Source of the DNA: Myxococcota bacterium
GTDB lineage: Bacteria; Myxococcota_A; UBA796; CAJQPC01
Reading direction: 5' to 3'
NCBI GenBank assembly: GCA_036229005.1
Contig: JAZAMN010000011.1
Span: 1 to 64,000, forward strand
Length of the DNA stretch: 64,000 nt
A program made the translations under genes and the position numbers. Each line of letters begins with the position of its first letter. Positions within the stretch are counted from its first letter, which is position 1. Positions 1 to 9,093 of the stretch are shown here, piece by piece. The notes beneath the pieces are model-generated. The model searched no databases and was not told the origin of the DNA. It saw only the letters and a program-made list of their open reading frames with translations.

Positions 1-1323
1 GGGAGGGGGGAAGTCAGCGGGCGGGGGCGGCGGAGGCTCTCGGTTCACCACCGTCGGATCCACGTCCCTGTGCGGGAGCTTGGGCTCTGGAGGCGGCGAG
101 GACACCTTGGGTGCGGGCTCGATCCGGGTCGCGGCGTCGGCGGCCCACTCGTCCTCGTTGTGCTGGTCCAGCAGCGCCTCGATGGACTGGCCACCGCCCA
201 TGGGGGGCAGGTCGTCCATGTCGGGCACGATGGTGGGGTTCGGTCCCAGGTCCGGCGGCGGCGGCCTGACCTCCTGCAGCTCCGGCTGGAGCGGACGCTT
301 GGTGGCCTCGCTCCGGACAAAGACCTGACTGTCCTCTTCGAGCACCCTGCCGGCCATGGGGTTGGGAGGAGACTGCGCCTGCAACCCCTGAGCCCGCTTG
401 ACCAGCCCGGGGATCTGCTCCTCGCACCACTCGGTGATGCTGGAGCCGGGAAGCGACCGCGAGATCTGTCGAGCGATCTTCTGGACGTCCTCCGCCGAGG
501 GGCGGTCCTGGTGCTCAAAGGCCAGGCAGCGCGTCAGGAGCTGCTCGATCTCGGAGCCGAGCTGGGGCGGCACGATCAGCGAGGCGCGCATGAAGCTCAT
601 GCGGTCCGCCAGGAAGCGTGCGTGGCGCTCAGGGCGGCCCTTGGCCTTGCCCAGCTTCTCCAGGGTCAGCACCTCGAAGATGCTGGCGCCCAGGCTGTAG
701 ATGTCGGAGGCCGGGGTCTCGGGCTCGAAGAAGAGCCGCTCGGGGGGCATGTAGTCCACCGACCCGAACTGGAGCTCCCGGGTGTGGCTCTCCCGGGAGT
801 CGAAGTCCGCCCGCGCGACGCCGAAGTCCAGGACCTTGACCAGGCCGGACTCGTCGATCATGACGTTGGAGGGCTTGATGTCCCGGTGGATCACCCGCAG
901 GGGCTTCTCGCCCGGGTAGGGGGGGCGGTTGTAGGCCGCGTCCAGGGCGCTGGCGACGGACGCCGTGATCTCCATGACCACGCGCGGCGGAACCAGCTCC
1001 CCGCTCTCGCCCAGGAAGGCCACCATGTTCTTGAGGTCGCAGGCCTCCAGGTACTCCATGACCACGGCGGCGCGGCCGTCGATGGAGGTCAGGTCGACCA
1101 CATCCACGATGTTGCGGTGCCGAAGCCAGCCCAGCAGGCGGGCCTCATCGCGCATGCGGCGCGCGATCTCCTCGTTCTCCGACCAGCGGCGGTGGAGGAG
1201 CTTGACGGCGGCCAGGCGGGAGAAGCCGTCGGCGTGCATCACCTTGCAAAGGTAGACCCCGCCGAATCCCCCGCTGGCGATCTCCCGGATGAACTGAAAG
1301 CGACGCTTGGACTCGCGGCTCAC
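1..1323 (-). CDS. Hanks-type Ser/Thr protein kinase, 3' end runs off the left edge of the window
   Basis: Not in the ORF track because there is no stop in the window. Manual translation from GTG at 1323 gives MSRESKRRFQFIREIASGGFGGVYL...AAVKLL...EARLL...HRNIV...VIHRDIKPSNVM...VKVLDFGVAR, followed by a Pro/Gly-rich tail. GTGA overlap with the stop of 1320..2222. Confidence 0.9.
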   Translation of the reverse strand, partial: MSRESKRRFQFIREIASGGFGGVYLCKVMHADGFSRLAAVKLLHRRWSENEEIARRMRDEARLLGWLRHRNIVDVVDLTSIDGRAAVVMEYLEACDLKNMVAFLGESGELVPPRVVMEITASVASALDAAYNRPPYPGEKPLRVIHRDIKPSNVMIDESGLVKVLDFGVARADFDSRESHTRELQFGSVDYMPPERLFFEPETPASDIYSLGASIFEVLTLEKLGKAKGRPERHARFLADRMSFMRASLIVPPQLGSEIEQLLTRCLAFEHQDRPSAEDVQKIARQISRSLPGSSITEWCEEQIPGLVKRAQGLQAQSPPNPMAGRVLEEDSQVFVRSEATKRPLQPELQEVRPPPPDLGPNPTIVPDMDDLPPMGGGQSIEALLDQHNEDEWAADAATRIEPAPKVSSPPPEPKLPHRDVDPTVVNREPPPPPPADFPPP

Positions 1324-2222
1324 AAGGCCCTCGACTGTGAAGGTGGCGAGCCTACCACGCGTGCCCATGCGCCACTGGACTCGACCCCGGTGGCGTGTCC
1401 GTCGCCCAGGAGCAGCCCCAGCAAGGGGTCGACGAGCTCGCAGCTCCCCATCAGCTCTCGGTGGGCGAAGGGCCCGATGGTGGGCGCTCCCTGGGAGCCC
1501 GCGCCGCGATCCTCCAGCTCCAGCAGGCTCTCGGGGTGCCCCGCCGGCTCCAGCTTGAGGGCGATGGCGGCCTCTCCGACCGGCCCTCGCAGTCCCAGCC
1601 GCCCGCGGTCCCGCAGGCTCGCGCCATCGATCTGGCTGTCCGCAACGAGCACCAGGGCCGTCTGACAGCGGCCCTCTTCGATGGCGTGGATGGCCAGCCG
1701 CAGGGCCTGGACGCCCGCGCTCTCCGCACCGACCACCGCGTCGCCGGGGCCCATCAGCTCCAGGTTGATCGCCACGTGGGCCAGCACCATGTTCGGCAGG
1801 GTCATCAGCGGCAGCAGCGGCGGGTAGAGATCGCGCCCCCGCTCGGCCAGCAGGCGGGTGTCCAGGCGCCCCTGCGCGTCGAGGCTCGCGGCGATCGCGG
1901 CGTCGGCCTCGCCCCGGTCCGGCGGCTCCCGGCGCACGCCGGCGAACAAACCTACGTCTTCCGGGTCCTCGATCTGGCCCAGGGCCTGGAACGCCACCGG
2001 CAGCGCGAGCTTGGCGGCGCGGGGCAGCAGCTTGGCGTCCTTTCGGCGCTTGAGCAGGCCCTTGAGCTTGGGTCCGGGGACCCTGGCGCCCAGCAGCTCC
2101 TCCCAGCCGGGCTCACCCAGCGGCTGCAGCGCGCTCCGCCCCGCGGCCAGGGCCTGCTGGACGCTCTCCAGGTCGTCGCCCAGGGCGCAGAGCACCCCCA
2201 CTCCGGTCACGCTCGCGCGCAT
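1320..2222 (-). CDS. Beta-ketoacyl synthase N-terminal-like protein lacking the catalytic Cys (chain-length-factor-like partner)
   Basis: MRASVTGVGVLCALG start, DVGLFAG, PLLPLMTLPNMVLAHVAINL and GEAAIAL segments are typical of the KS fold. GAESAG replaces TACxS. Only about 300 aa. The ATG overlaps the fabF stop (TGATG). Confidence 0.75.
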   Translation of the reverse strand: MRASVTGVGVLCALGDDLESVQQALAAGRSALQPLGEPGWEELLGARVPGPKLKGLLKRRKDAKLLPRAAKLALPVAFQALGQIEDPEDVGLFAGVRREPPDRGEADAAIAASLDAQGRLDTRLLAERGRDLYPPLLPLMTLPNMVLAHVAINLELMGPGDAVVGAESAGVQALRLAIHAIEEGRCQTALVLVADSQIDGASLRDRGRLGLRGPVGEAAIALKLEPAGHPESLLELEDRGAGSQGAPTIGPFAHRELMGSCELVDPLLGLLLGDGHATGVESSGAWARVVGSPPSQSRAL

Positions 2223-3415
2223 CAGCCCTCCCACCGGCTCAGGATCAGGCTGCCGTTGCTGCCGCCAAAGCCGAAGGCGTTGGTCAGCGCGTGCAGGGTC
2301 TCCTGCTCGCGGGCCACGTTCGCGACGTGGTCGAGATCGCAGGCCGGATCCGGGCTCTCCAGGTTGATGGTCGGCGGCAGCACGCCGTGGCGCACCGCCA
2401 TCGCCGCAACGATGGCCTCGACTGCACCACAGGCAGCGACGAGGTGACCCATCATGGATTTGGTCGATGAGACCGCCGGGCCCAGCGCACCAAAGACCCG
2501 CTGGATCCCCGTGGACTCGGAGGCGTCGTTCATCCGGGTGCTGGTGCCGTGGGCGTTGATGTAGCCCACCTGGTCGGCCGAGATCTGCGCGCTGCGGAGG
2601 GCGTTCTCCATGGCCTGGGCCGCGCCGCGTCCGTCCGGCGGGCTGTCGGTGATGCGGTAGGCGTTGAGGCTGGCGCCGTAGCCCGAGAGCTCGGCCAGGA
2701 TCTCCGCCCCGCGGGCCTGCGCGCTCTCCAGGGACTCCAGGATCAGCACCCCGGCGCCCTCGCCCAGCACGAAGCCGTCGCGGTTGATGTCAAAGGGCCG
2801 GCTGGCGGCCTGGGGGTTCTCGTTCCGCGTGGACAGCGCGCCCAGCAGGGAGAAGCCGGTGACCATCACGGGGTTGACCAGCACGTCCACGCCGCCGACC
2901 ACCACCGCATCGCAGGCGCCGCGGCGGATCTGCAGCAGGCCCTCGCCCACAGCCTGGGAGGAGGACGTGCAGGCGGTGGACAGGGTGACCGTGGGGCCCT
3001 GCGCGCCGATGTGTTCAGCGACCCAGCGGGTGGGGGCGGCGGGGGCGTTCCGGAGCAACTCTTCGGCCGAGGGCACGCGACCGCTGCGCACCCGCGTGGC
3101 GACCACATCCAGGGCCGGGCGGGCGGCCTCCGAGCCGAAGATCACGCCCAGCCGACGGGGGTCGACGTCCGGCAGTCCCTGGGGACCCAAGGCCTCCTGG
3201 AGCGCGACGCGGGTCAGATCCAGCTTGAGCTGTCCCTCGTCGATGGCCCCGGGCAAGTCGACCTCTGCGGCGAAGCGCACGGGGAAGTCGGTGGGGTCGA
3301 AGCGTTGGATGGGACCGATCCCGCTCCTCCCCTCCAGCAGAGCGGCCCAGGTGGCCGGGAGGGTTCGACCGAGGGGGGTGATGGCCCCCATTCCCGTGAC
3401 GACGACGCGGCGCAC
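2222..3415 (-). CDS. fabF: Beta-ketoacyl-ACP synthase II (FabF family)
   Basis: MRRVVVTGMGAITPLG, STACTSS (catalytic Cys), ASRPFDINRDGFVLGEGAG, YINAHGTST, KSMMGH, NAFGFGG. Confidence 0.9.
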   Translation of the reverse strand: MRRVVVTGMGAITPLGRTLPATWAALLEGRSGIGPIQRFDPTDFPVRFAAEVDLPGAIDEGQLKLDLTRVALQEALGPQGLPDVDPRRLGVIFGSEAARPALDVVATRVRSGRVPSAEELLRNAPAAPTRWVAEHIGAQGPTVTLSTACTSSSQAVGEGLLQIRRGACDAVVVGGVDVLVNPVMVTGFSLLGALSTRNENPQAASRPFDINRDGFVLGEGAGVLILESLESAQARGAEILAELSGYGASLNAYRITDSPPDGRGAAQAMENALRSAQISADQVGYINAHGTSTRMNDASESTGIQRVFGALGPAVSSTKSMMGHLVAACGAVEAIVAAMAVRHGVLPPTINLESPDPACDLDHVANVAREQETLHALTNAFGFGGSNGSLILSRWEG

Positions 3416-3904
3416 TCAGCGATCCTCGGGGGGGAGGCCCGCCCACAGCCCAGCCAGGGCCTTGCGCTCCAGGCGCTCGACCCGCTCGGACTCACCGGGG
3501 GTGTTGAAGGCCACCGCGTTGAACACGAAGGTCTCCTCGGCCTGGGCGATGACCTTGCCGCCCACCTTGGCCCGGACCTTCATCACGGCGGACTCCTCGC
3601 GGAGGGCGATGAACTGGGAGTGCAGCTCGACGGCGTCGCCGGGGCGCACGAACTTCCGGAACTTCACCTTGTCGGCCATGGTGAAGATGGGGAAGGGCCA
3701 GTCCCCGCGCTGCTTGCGCACGGTGTACCCGATGAGCTTGCCGGAGAGCTGGGCCATGGACTCGAGCAGGATCACGCCGGGCACCACCGGGAAGCCCGGG
3801 AAGTGGTCCGCGAAGAAGTGCTCCGAGAGCGTGAAGGCCTTGACCCCCACGGCGCTCTCGCCAATCACCATCTCGTCGATGCGGTCGACCAGGAGCCAGC
3901 GCAT
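3416..3904 (-). CDS. fabZ: 3-hydroxyacyl-ACP dehydratase, FabZ/FabA hotdog family
   Basis: LLVDRI, FFADHFPGFPVVPGVILLESMAQ, KVKFRKFVRPGD. Confidence 0.85.
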   Translation of the reverse strand: MRWLLVDRIDEMVIGESAVGVKAFTLSEHFFADHFPGFPVVPGVILLESMAQLSGKLIGYTVRKQRGDWPFPIFTMADKVKFRKFVRPGDAVELHSQFIALREESAVMKVRAKVGGKVIAQAEETFVFNAVAFNTPGESERVERLERKALAGLWAGLPPEDR

Positions 3905-4734
3905 CAGTCCAGCACCGCTTCGAGGCAGTCCACGGCGACCAGCTCACGCGCACCGCCGTCACACTGCTTGTACCGGTGCACCTCGAAGAGGTGGTAGCCC
4001 GAGTACGGCGCGTTGAAGTTGTGCAGCCACTGGCGGCGCTCCCCGACAACGGGGCCCGCGGCGACGTTGGCCTCCTTGGGGCGCCCGTCGAACCAGGTGT
4101 CCATGGTGTAGGTGCAGCTCGCGTCGCCGTCCTCGGCGGCCACCGACCAGGCCCCGACGGGCACGGCCTCGCCCAGGGAGGCCAGCTTGTTGACCTCGCC
4201 GCGCTCCAGCTCCTTGTTGGCCTTCTTCCAGTCCTTGGCGGCGTCCTCGACAAAGAGGGTGGCCTCGCAGACCTCGAAGGAGAAGGGCTGCCCCTCGGGG
4301 AAGGGCAGGTACTCGACGTAAGGCGTCGCGTTCAGGGGCTTCTCGACCTCCTTCCCATCCGCCATGGTCACGAGCATCTCGGACACGCGCACCGCGCAGG
4401 TCCGCTTGTTGGGCTCCAGGTAGAGCCGCTTGAGGTTGTCCTGCCCCGCGTCCACGGCGGCCTTGCGCTCGCCGGTCGCGACCTCTGTCAGGACCAGGTC
4501 GGAGTCCCGCTTCTCCCCCTTCATGGCGCGGCGGGTGCTGCCCCCGTCCACGTAGACCGCGCTGTTGTCGGCGTTCACGCGGATGCGGAAGTCGTGGACC
4601 CCCTTGGAGCCCTCCACCTTGATCCAGTCCCCGGCGAGCTGATCCAGAGCGATCTCCGGGCAGGGGTCTTCCAACACAAACTCAGGCTCTTCGGGCGCGC
4701 CGCTGCAGGCGAGCGACAAGATCAACATCAGCAT
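3904..4734 (-). CDS. Hypothetical lipoprotein
   Basis: MLMLILSLAC lipobox, GAGG upstream, its stop overlaps the fabZ ATG, GC-biased third codon positions. Confidence 0.8.
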   Translation of the reverse strand: MLMLILSLACSGAPEEPEFVLEDPCPEIALDQLAGDWIKVEGSKGVHDFRIRVNADNSAVYVDGGSTRRAMKGEKRDSDLVLTEVATGERKAAVDAGQDNLKRLYLEPNKRTCAVRVSEMLVTMADGKEVEKPLNATPYVEYLPFPEGQPFSFEVCEATLFVEDAAKDWKKANKELERGEVNKLASLGEAVPVGAWSVAAEDGDASCTYTMDTWFDGRPKEANVAAGPVVGERRQWLHNFNAPYSGYHLFEVHRYKQCDGGARELVAVDCLEAVLD

Positions 4735-4828
4735 GGGGTACCTCGGGCCGATGAGGGTAGCGCCGATTCAGGCCCGCGGGCAAAGTCGCTGCAAGGCCGT
4801 GACAAAGTCGAGCGGGAAGGAGGCTGCC

Positions 4829-5686
4829 GTGCTGCTCTGGATCTGTGGGTTCACCGCCGCGATCGCGGGCCCCCTGGACCCCGTGACACCTTCGTCCGCC
4901 GGCGAGGTCACCCTGTCGCTGACCGGCTCTCTGCGGAGCTTTGAGCAGGTGAGCAGCGCCCACCACGATCCCCAGGTGCTACCGGCAAGCTGGGGGGTCG
5001 CGGTCCTGGCGCTGGATGCCCAGGCCGGCCTGCGGGAGCACCTGGCCGTGGCCGCTGGGCTGTCCTGGTGGGACGCCACCCCAAAGGTCCTGGACGCAGG
5101 CACCTGCGCGGACTGGGCGGCCTGCGAGGCGGTGAAGGCCCCAGGCGATCTGACCCTGTCCCTGCGCAGCCTCTGGCGCCTGGGGGCCTGGCGCGTCGAG
5201 GGGCGCGCGGGGGTGGTGAGCGGGGCTCTGTACCAGCGCCACCTGGAGTCGCTGGGCGCGCCCGGCAACGGCAACCTGGACCTGCACGCGGGCGGCGCGC
5301 TGAGCAGGCAGGGCACCCTGGGGCCGCTCTCTTGGCGCACCCAGGTGGCCGCCGGCGGGAGCCTCGCGCCAGGGCGGCCCCCGAACACCCTGGAGGCCAG
5401 CGCGCAGCTCTCCGTGGGCACCCCGGTGCTGCAGCTTGGACTGGGGTGGATGACCCACCAGAGTGTGCACGGCGTCGACTTCGACGTGGCGGTGGCCGAC
5501 CCCAGCGACCCCGCGCGCTTCACCGATCTGGACCACGACCTCCAGCGCCTGGACGTGGCGCTGGGCGTGGCGGTGGGGCCGCCCGGCTGGTGGCTGGTGG
5601 CCGGAGGGTGGATGCACACGCAAGTGGACAACGGCCCGGCGGACCTGCGGGGAGCGGAGCTGGGCGTGCAGTGGCAGCGGGACTAG
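4829..5686 (+). CDS. Hypothetical exported protein, possible outer-membrane beta-barrel
   Basis: GTG at 4829 after AGGAGG (4818-4823), short hydrophobic N-terminus, alternating amphipathic strand-like segments, C-terminus AELGVQWQRD. Confidence 0.6.
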   Translation: MLLWICGFTAAIAGPLDPVTPSSAGEVTLSLTGSLRSFEQVSSAHHDPQVLPASWGVAVLALDAQAGLREHLAVAAGLSWWDATPKVLDAGTCADWAACEAVKAPGDLTLSLRSLWRLGAWRVEGRAGVVSGALYQRHLESLGAPGNGNLDLHAGGALSRQGTLGPLSWRTQVAAGGSLAPGRPPNTLEASAQLSVGTPVLQLGLGWMTHQSVHGVDFDVAVADPSDPARFTDLDHDLQRLDVALGVAVGPPGWWLVAGGWMHTQVDNGPADLRGAELGVQWQRD

Positions 5687-5688
5687 CG

Positions 5689-5936
5689 GGGCATCCGGGG
5701 TCGAACGCCCGCCGAGACTGGGCATCCGGGGGCGAACGCCCGCCGAGGCTAGGCATCCGGGGGCGAACGCCCGGCGAGACTGGGCATCCGGGGGCGAACG
5801 CCCGCCGAGGCTGGGCATCCGGGGTCGAACGCCCGCTTCTACCCTGAGACCCGGGCGTTCAGCCCCCGATGCCCCCAGAACCCGGGCATTCAGACCCGGA
5901 TGCCCCCAGCCCCCGGGCGTTCAACCCCCGATGCCC
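5689..5936. repeat. 31-bp-period intergenic repeat element: 5 direct units plus 3 inverted units
   Basis: GGGCATCCGGGG(G/T)CGAACGCCCG core at 5689, 5720, 5751, 5782 and 5813. Reverse-complement-like copies at 5852, 5883 and 5914. Lies between convergent genes. Confidence 0.9.
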
Positions 5937-5952
5937 GATCCAGAGCCCGCGC

Positions 5953-6939
5953 CTACTCTCCCCAACCCGCAAGCTCCGTCCACTCCTGCGTGTCCAGGTC
6001 CAGCTCCCAGACGTCGTTGACAAAGTTCGGCGCGTTCTCGTCGTCTGCGGGGTCCCCGCCCATGATGGTCAGGTGGCGTCCGTCGGGGCTCGCGCTGACC
6101 TGGGCGTCGCGACCGATGGGCGCGGGCTCCGAGTCGTAGGCCGCCCAGGTCGCGGTGCTGGGGTCGAAGGCCCACAGGACGGTGTCCTCGCCTTGGCCAG
6201 CCCAGATCCAGAGGTGATCCGCATACCAATGCACCGTGTGTGAGGCCCGGACTCCGGGGGTCTCCCCGACCACAAAGACCTCCTGCCAGATGGCCTTGCC
6301 AGGCTCCGAGCGCGTATCCACGGTCCACAGCCAGTCGTGGCGGGTGTCGTCGGCGTCGATGCCGCCCATCAGCCAGACCCTGCCGTCATCGGCCAGCGCC
6401 ATGCCCGAGCGGGTGAGCGCGCCGGGGCCGCCGACCTGCTCCAGCTCCTCCCAGGTCTCGGTGTCCGGGTCGAAGGCCCAGAGATCCGAGCGGGTGAGCG
6501 TCTCGTCCCCGTCGTCGAAGCGCCCGCCGTAGACCAGCATGCGGCTGCCATCCCAGACCGCGTCGGCCTTGTAGCGGCCCAGCGGTCCCCCCTCGCCCAA
6601 GGTGGTCCAGGTGTCGGTGCTCAGGTCCCAGCGCTCGAGGGAGGCGGACTCGGTCGAGCTGTTGCCCTCGCTGCCGCCAAAGACCCAGGCGATGTCCGTA
6701 CCGGGCTCCTGGACCAGGGTGGACCGGAAGATGTCGCGGGGCGGGTCCCCCATCCTCTCCCAGGCCTGATCGGAGAAGCGCCAGGCGTCCCGGCGCTTGC
6801 CCCCCGAGCCGGAGCCTCCGGTGATGTAGAGGTTCTCCCCCGCCGCATCGAAGGTCCCCACGTGGGAGTAGCGGTAGCGGGGGACGGAGGCGACGGGGTC
6901 ACCGCCGCCGTCGGTGCAGGCCAGCAGGATCATGAGCAT
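5953..6939 (-). CDS. Kelch-repeat beta-propeller lipoprotein
   Basis: MLMILLAC lipobox. Repeated Kelch pattern (LYITGG, WVFGG, LVYGG, WLMGG, TIMGG), each followed by W...W motifs. Confidence 0.85.
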   Translation of the reverse strand: MLMILLACTDGGGDPVASVPRYRYSHVGTFDAAGENLYITGGSGSGGKRRDAWRFSDQAWERMGDPPRDIFRSTLVQEPGTDIAWVFGGSEGNSSTESASLERWDLSTDTWTTLGEGGPLGRYKADAVWDGSRMLVYGGRFDDGDETLTRSDLWAFDPDTETWEELEQVGGPGALTRSGMALADDGRVWLMGGIDADDTRHDWLWTVDTRSEPGKAIWQEVFVVGETPGVRASHTVHWYADHLWIWAGQGEDTVLWAFDPSTATWAAYDSEPAPIGRDAQVSASPDGRHLTIMGGDPADDENAPNFVNDVWELDLDTQEWTELAGWGE

Positions 6940-7022
6940 GCTCCAGCTATATCCGACCGGCGGCCTGGTGGGGTCTGACGGGAGGGACGGCGCGCTGCTA
7001 TGCTCGGTGCCAGGAGTCCCCC

Positions 7023-8102
7023 GTGCTGCTCATCCTGCTCTCCGGCTGCTGGAAGACCGACGTCGCCGTCGACACCACCATCATCCCCTTCACCAACGCC
7101 ACGACCAACACCTCGGGCTGGGTGGAGCGGGTGGAGACCCAGCTCTCCTGCCCCGATGGCAACCCGGCCAGCTTCTACGTGGTCTACCCCCAGACCCAGA
7201 GCGGCCCGCAGCCCGCGGCCGTGGTCCTGCACAGCGCGGCCTTCGACTACATCATCGCGCCCGACGCCGGGAACCCGCTGCTGGGGCAGAACTACGCGGG
7301 CCTGAGCGCCGACGGCTACACCCGCCTGGAGGCCGACTGGGGCGAGGCCAAGACCTTCGAGACCCTGGGCCTCATCTCCCGCATCGACGCCAGCGAGGAC
7401 AACCTGGGCACCCTGCCCGCGGCCCTGCTCGACGCCGGCTACGTGGGAATCTACCCCACCAACTGCTGGGGCGACCTGTGGCACAACGAGACCCCCAGCG
7501 CGGGCCTCCCCAACCTGTCCAACAACACCGAGCTGGACTTCTTCCAGCGCAACGGCGGGGCCCTGGCCCTGGACGCCTGGGAGTTCGCCACCGGCGACCA
7601 GCTCTTTGAGTCCGGCGCGCTGATCGACACCTCCGAGACCCTGCTGGTGGGCCTGGGCGACGGCGCCCGCGGCGCCACCGAGCTGCTGCTCCGCGACGAT
7701 GTGAACCCCTCCGCCATCCTCATCGACTCCCCCATCGACGAGCTGGAGGACTGGGCCACATCGACCGGAGTCCAGGCCGGCCTGGAGCGCATCTACCTGG
7801 GCTCCACCGAAGAGGGCTACAACTGGAACCAGTGGACCCTGGCCCGCATGGCCTCGGCCGCCGTCGACAGCCTGCCCGACGTCCCCATCGCCCTGGTGCA
7901 CTCCAGCATCGACCCCCAGGTCCCCGCCGGCAACAGCGAGCGCCTGCTGGAGAAGTTCGACGAGACCGACCCGCTGCGCTGCGAGATCGACACCACCGCC
8001 AACAAGCACATCCAGACCAACGGCGACGCCCTGCTGGCCCGCGACCTGGTGGCGTGGCTTGCGGGGGGGGACCTACCGGCCCAGTGTGAAGCCAGCGAGT
8101 GA
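7023..8102 (+). CDS. Lipoprotein with alpha/beta-hydrolase-like fold (atypical nucleophile elbow GLGDG)
   Basis: MLLILLSGC, AGGAG RBS, PAAVVLHS, LLVGLGDGARGA, PIALVHSSIDPQVP, distal His (NKHIQ). Confidence 0.6.
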   Translation: MLLILLSGCWKTDVAVDTTIIPFTNATTNTSGWVERVETQLSCPDGNPASFYVVYPQTQSGPQPAAVVLHSAAFDYIIAPDAGNPLLGQNYAGLSADGYTRLEADWGEAKTFETLGLISRIDASEDNLGTLPAALLDAGYVGIYPTNCWGDLWHNETPSAGLPNLSNNTELDFFQRNGGALALDAWEFATGDQLFESGALIDTSETLLVGLGDGARGATELLLRDDVNPSAILIDSPIDELEDWATSTGVQAGLERIYLGSTEEGYNWNQWTLARMASAAVDSLPDVPIALVHSSIDPQVPAGNSERLLEKFDETDPLRCEIDTTANKHIQTNGDALLARDLVAWLAGGDLPAQCEASE

Positions 8103-8131
8103 GTTCGCCTGCGGCCGGTTAGCCTGCTCCC

Positions 8132-9073
8132 ATGCTGCTTCTCCTGCTCGCCTGCAAGGCCCCCGCCCCCGAAGACACCGCCCCCTGGGAGCCCTCCTGG
8201 GACCAGCCCGACTGGGACACGCCCGGCGCCCGCCGCTGGGCCAACACCGGCGGCTGGTACCCCAACGACCCCGATGAACTGGACGCCGAGGTCCAGGCCC
8301 TGCTTGAGGCCGGCGGGGGAACGCCCCAGGCCACCCAGTCCGTGCTCGTCCCCCACGCGCGCTTCCTGAGCGCCGGTGCCGTCGCGGGGCACGCCTATTC
8401 GCGGGTGGAGATCCCCGAGCGCGTCATCCTGCTGGTCCCCAACCACGGCTCGGGCGCCCAGCTCGCCATCTGGGACGAGGGCCCCTGGCTGGTGCCCGGC
8501 CACTCCCTGCAGAAGGACGACCAGCTCACCGATCGCCTGCGCGAGCTGCTCCCCGAGCTGGAGAACGACCCAGTGTCCTTCTCGCGCCACCCGCCCGAGA
8601 TGCAGCTCCCCTTCCTGCAGTACCTGAACCCCGACGTGAAGATCGCGGCCATCGCCATCCGGGACACGCCCAGCGAGCACTTCGGGGAGGGTGTCCTCGA
8701 CCCGGCCTTCACGCCTCAAGAGGTGGATCGCTGGGGGACCGCGCTCTCGACGGTGCTCCAAGAGTTCCCGAACACCCTGCTCCTCACCTCGACTGACCTG
8801 ACCCACTGGGAAGACACCGAGACGACCGCGACCCAGTGCGAGGCCTTGATGGGCTACATCGGCACCAACGACGTGCCTGGCCTGCACGCCTACGTGGTCA
8901 CCGGCGAGATCAGCATCGGCGGCGAGATCCCCACCGCCATCATGATGAGCGCCATGGGCAAGCTGGGCTACGCCGAGGCCTCCTGGAGCCACTGGGGCGA
9001 CTCCTTCCACGTGAACGAGGACCCCTCCGACGTCATCGCCTACCCCTCCCTGGGCACCTGGAGCGCGCAGTGA
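8132..9073 (+). CDS. MEMO1 / AmmeMemoRadiSam protein B-like protein with lipoprotein signal
   Basis: GGWYPNDPDEL, VLVPHA, VAGHAY, VILLVPNH, EMQLPFLQYL, STDLTHW are MEMO-family motifs. N-terminus MLLLLLAC. Confidence 0.8.
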   Translation: MLLLLLACKAPAPEDTAPWEPSWDQPDWDTPGARRWANTGGWYPNDPDELDAEVQALLEAGGGTPQATQSVLVPHARFLSAGAVAGHAYSRVEIPERVILLVPNHGSGAQLAIWDEGPWLVPGHSLQKDDQLTDRLRELLPELENDPVSFSRHPPEMQLPFLQYLNPDVKIAAIAIRDTPSEHFGEGVLDPAFTPQEVDRWGTALSTVLQEFPNTLLLTSTDLTHWEDTETTATQCEALMGYIGTNDVPGLHAYVVTGEISIGGEIPTAIMMSAMGKLGYAEASWSHWGDSFHVNEDPSDVIAYPSLGTWSAQ

Positions 9074-9093
9074 CCCCCGCAATGATCCCCGCG

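Noticed and set aside
70..1665. 531-aa plus-strand ORF
   Set aside because: Shadow of the minus-strand kinase, which has complete catalytic motifs.
5689..5936. CRISPR array
   Set aside because: Linkers are only 8 nt and recur, the orientation flips, and there are no cas genes in the window.
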